DNA from: an uncultured Acidimicrobiales bacterium
Lineage (GTDB): Bacteria; Actinomycetota; Acidimicrobiia; Acidimicrobiales; SZUA-35
DNA length: 64,000 nt
Assembly: GCA_963803845.1 (NCBI GenBank)
Contig: CAWDNZ010000004.1
Span: 962,572-1,026,571 of the forward strand
Direction of reading: 5' to 3'
Translations under genes and position numbers: made by a program
Notes under the pieces: model-generated
The model's input: only the letters and a program-made list of their open reading frames with translations
What the model was told of the DNA's origin: nothing
The model's database searches: none
Part shown: one piece after another, positions 62,579 to 64,000 of the stretch
Numbering within the stretch: position 1 is the stretch's first letter
Layout: the number at the start of each line of letters is the position of its first letter

Positions 62579-63685
62579 CTACGCCAGAGCGTTCTCCAAG
62601 TCGTGCCAGAGGTCCTCGACATCTTCGATTCCGACGCTGAAGCGGAGTAGCCCTGCGGGGAGGTGTTCTTGACCGGCGACGGTGCTCCGCCGTTCGATTG
62701 TGCTTTCCACCGCGCCGAAGCTGGTGGCGTTCGTTATCAACTCCAGCGCCGCCAGCACCGTGTCGGCCGTAGCACCATCAGGCAGGTCGAAGCTGATGAG
62801 CGTCCCGTAACCGTTGAGCTGATGTTTGGCCAGTTCATGCTGAGGGTGACTGGGGAGACCGGGATAACGAACCTTCACCACCGCCGGATGAGCCTCCAGC
62901 CGTTCGGCGAGGATCTGGGCGGATTTCTGCGCTGCTGCCAATCGAATCGACAGTGTTCGGGCGCCCCGAACGGCGAGAAATGTTTCGAGGTTTCCCGGGG
63001 TTGCGCCGTTGAGCAAGCGGGAGCGGAACAGGCCGGCGAGAAGTGCATCGTTATTGGTGATCGTGACGCCACACAGAAGGTCGGAGTGGCCGCCTACGTA
63101 CTTGGTGGCCGCCATCACCGAGATGTCGGCCCCCAGCTGCAGCGGTTGCTGGTTGAGTGGGGTGGCCACCGTGTTGTCCACGGCGAGAATTGAGCCCGGC
63201 TTCCGGTGTGCCGCAGCAATAGACCGCAAATCGGCGATGTCCAGCAGTGGATTGGACGGGCTTTCCAGCCAGATCAGATCCGCTGACGGAGCGGCTTCGA
63301 CCCATTGGGCCGTATCGTCAACGGCGATCCGGCTGCTGGTCCAGCGGCCCTGTTTCTCGCCATCGGCGATGATGCCGGCAACGCCCTGGTAGCAATCGTC
63401 TGGCCAGATGATGTGGGCGCCCACGTTGAGCTGGTCGAACACGGCGGCGATTGCTGCCATGCCTGAGCCGAACGCTAGTGCCCGTCCAGATTCGAGCCGG
63501 CCCAGCAGGGTTTCGAGGGCAACCCATGTTGGCGTTCCCTCATCCCGGGCGTATCCCCACTCGCCACCGTGGACATAGTTGGATGCCGCAACGATCGGCG
63601 TGTTCAGTGGATCTCCCGGTTCGGTGGGTCGAGCCCCCGCCACAAGCCACGAATCGACCGACCACTTCTCGCTCGAGTTCATCAC
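62579..63685 (-). CDS. PLP-dependent Cys/Met metabolism enzyme (cystathionine gamma-synthase/lyase-like)
   Basis: AATKYVGGHSDLL (PLP lysine), VDNTVATP, C-terminal LLRFSVGIEDVEDL. Confidence 0.85.
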   Translation of the reverse strand: MMNSSEKWSVDSWLVAGARPTEPGDPLNTPIVAASNYVHGGEWGYARDEGTPTWVALETLLGRLESGRALAFGSGMAAIAAVFDQLNVGAHIIWPDDCYQGVAGIIADGEKQGRWTSSRIAVDDTAQWVEAAPSADLIWLESPSNPLLDIADLRSIAAAHRKPGSILAVDNTVATPLNQQPLQLGADISVMAATKYVGGHSDLLCGVTITNNDALLAGLFRSRLLNGATPGNLETFLAVRGARTLSIRLAAAQKSAQILAERLEAHPAVVKVRYPGLPSHPQHELAKHQLNGYGTLISFDLPDGATADTVLAALELITNATSFGAVESTIERRSTVAGQEHLPAGLLRFSVGIEDVEDLWHDLENALA

Positions 63686-63701
63686 CCGACGCTATCGCTC
63701 G

Positions 63702-64000
63702 TCAGGCGTTGGCTCGTTCGATGGCGTTGAGGTAGGTGTAGAGCGTGACCTTGCTGACGCCCATCCATCCGGCAACGTCTTCCACAGCGCCGCGTAGGAG
63801 GAAGGCGCCGTGTTCATCGAGTCGACGCACCGCGGCCTGTTTCTCAGCCCGGTCCATATCGGAAAGACGGCCACCGATTTCGCGCTCGACCGAAGCCACG
63901 GCGCGCTCCAGTGCCCCATGAAGTTCATTGAGTCTCACGTAGGCGACCGTTTCCCCCTGCCACACCACGGGTTCATCCCCCTTTCGAGATGACCGGACCG
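63702..64000 (-). CDS. Helix-turn-helix domain protein; the reading frame stays open to the window edge, so the N-terminus is undefined
   Basis: C-terminal HTH VEDVAGWMGVSKVTLYTYLNAIE. No stop upstream in frame up to 64000. Confidence 0.55.
   Translation of the reverse strand, partial: VRSSRKGDEPVVWQGETVAYVRLNELHGALERAVASVEREIGGRLSDMDRAEKQAAVRRLDEHGAFLLRGAVEDVAGWMGVSKVTLYTYLNAIERANA

Overview
GC-rich, gene-dense, operon-packed chromosomal segment of actinobacterial type (taxon is inference; GC not computed). I recognised no rRNA, tRNA, CRISPR array, transposase or integrase. Layout: (i) 1-29.0 kb is a catabolic supercluster. It holds a Liv/HAAT-type ABC importer, a Zn-ADH, two glutamine-synthetase-like ligases, three paralogous P450s plus a 3Fe-4S-type ferredoxin, two ALDHs, two ACADs, a family III CoA-transferase, a TTC38-like TPR protein, a NicX-like protein, and VOC, LLM, SDR, LigB-type extradiol dioxygenase, ADC-family and FAH-family enzymes. 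Two paralogous MarR regulators sit in it, each next to its own recognisable palindromic operator type. (ii) 29.1-40.1 kb is an 11-gene nuo operon (A,B,C,D,H,I,J,K,L,M,N) with no nuoEFG. It carries a 221-bp repeat insertion between nuoA and nuoB that duplicates the gene junction, nuoI and nuoJ in one ORF, and an acidic insertion in NuoL. It is followed by a ~680-bp mosaic repeat array and a convergent NDUFAF7/MidA-family methyltransferase. (iii) 41.8-50.6 kb holds miscellaneous metabolic genes. (iv) 50.6-55.1 kb is a tightly coupled GT2 synthase / HEAT-repeat / degenerate-GGDEF pseudo-receiver operon. (v) 55.1-64 kb holds small secreted proteins, a membrane-anchored T5orf172 protein, HrpB, a dienelactone hydrolase and a MetB-like enzyme. 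The most unusual signals are the repeat elements that sit exactly on operon gene junctions and preserve start/stop overlap (18166-18293 and 29455-29685), the BIME-like mosaic array (40129-40810) related to the nuoA/nuoB insert, and the GT2-HEAT-degenerate GGDEF module. All product calls come from reading motifs by eye; no database search was run.
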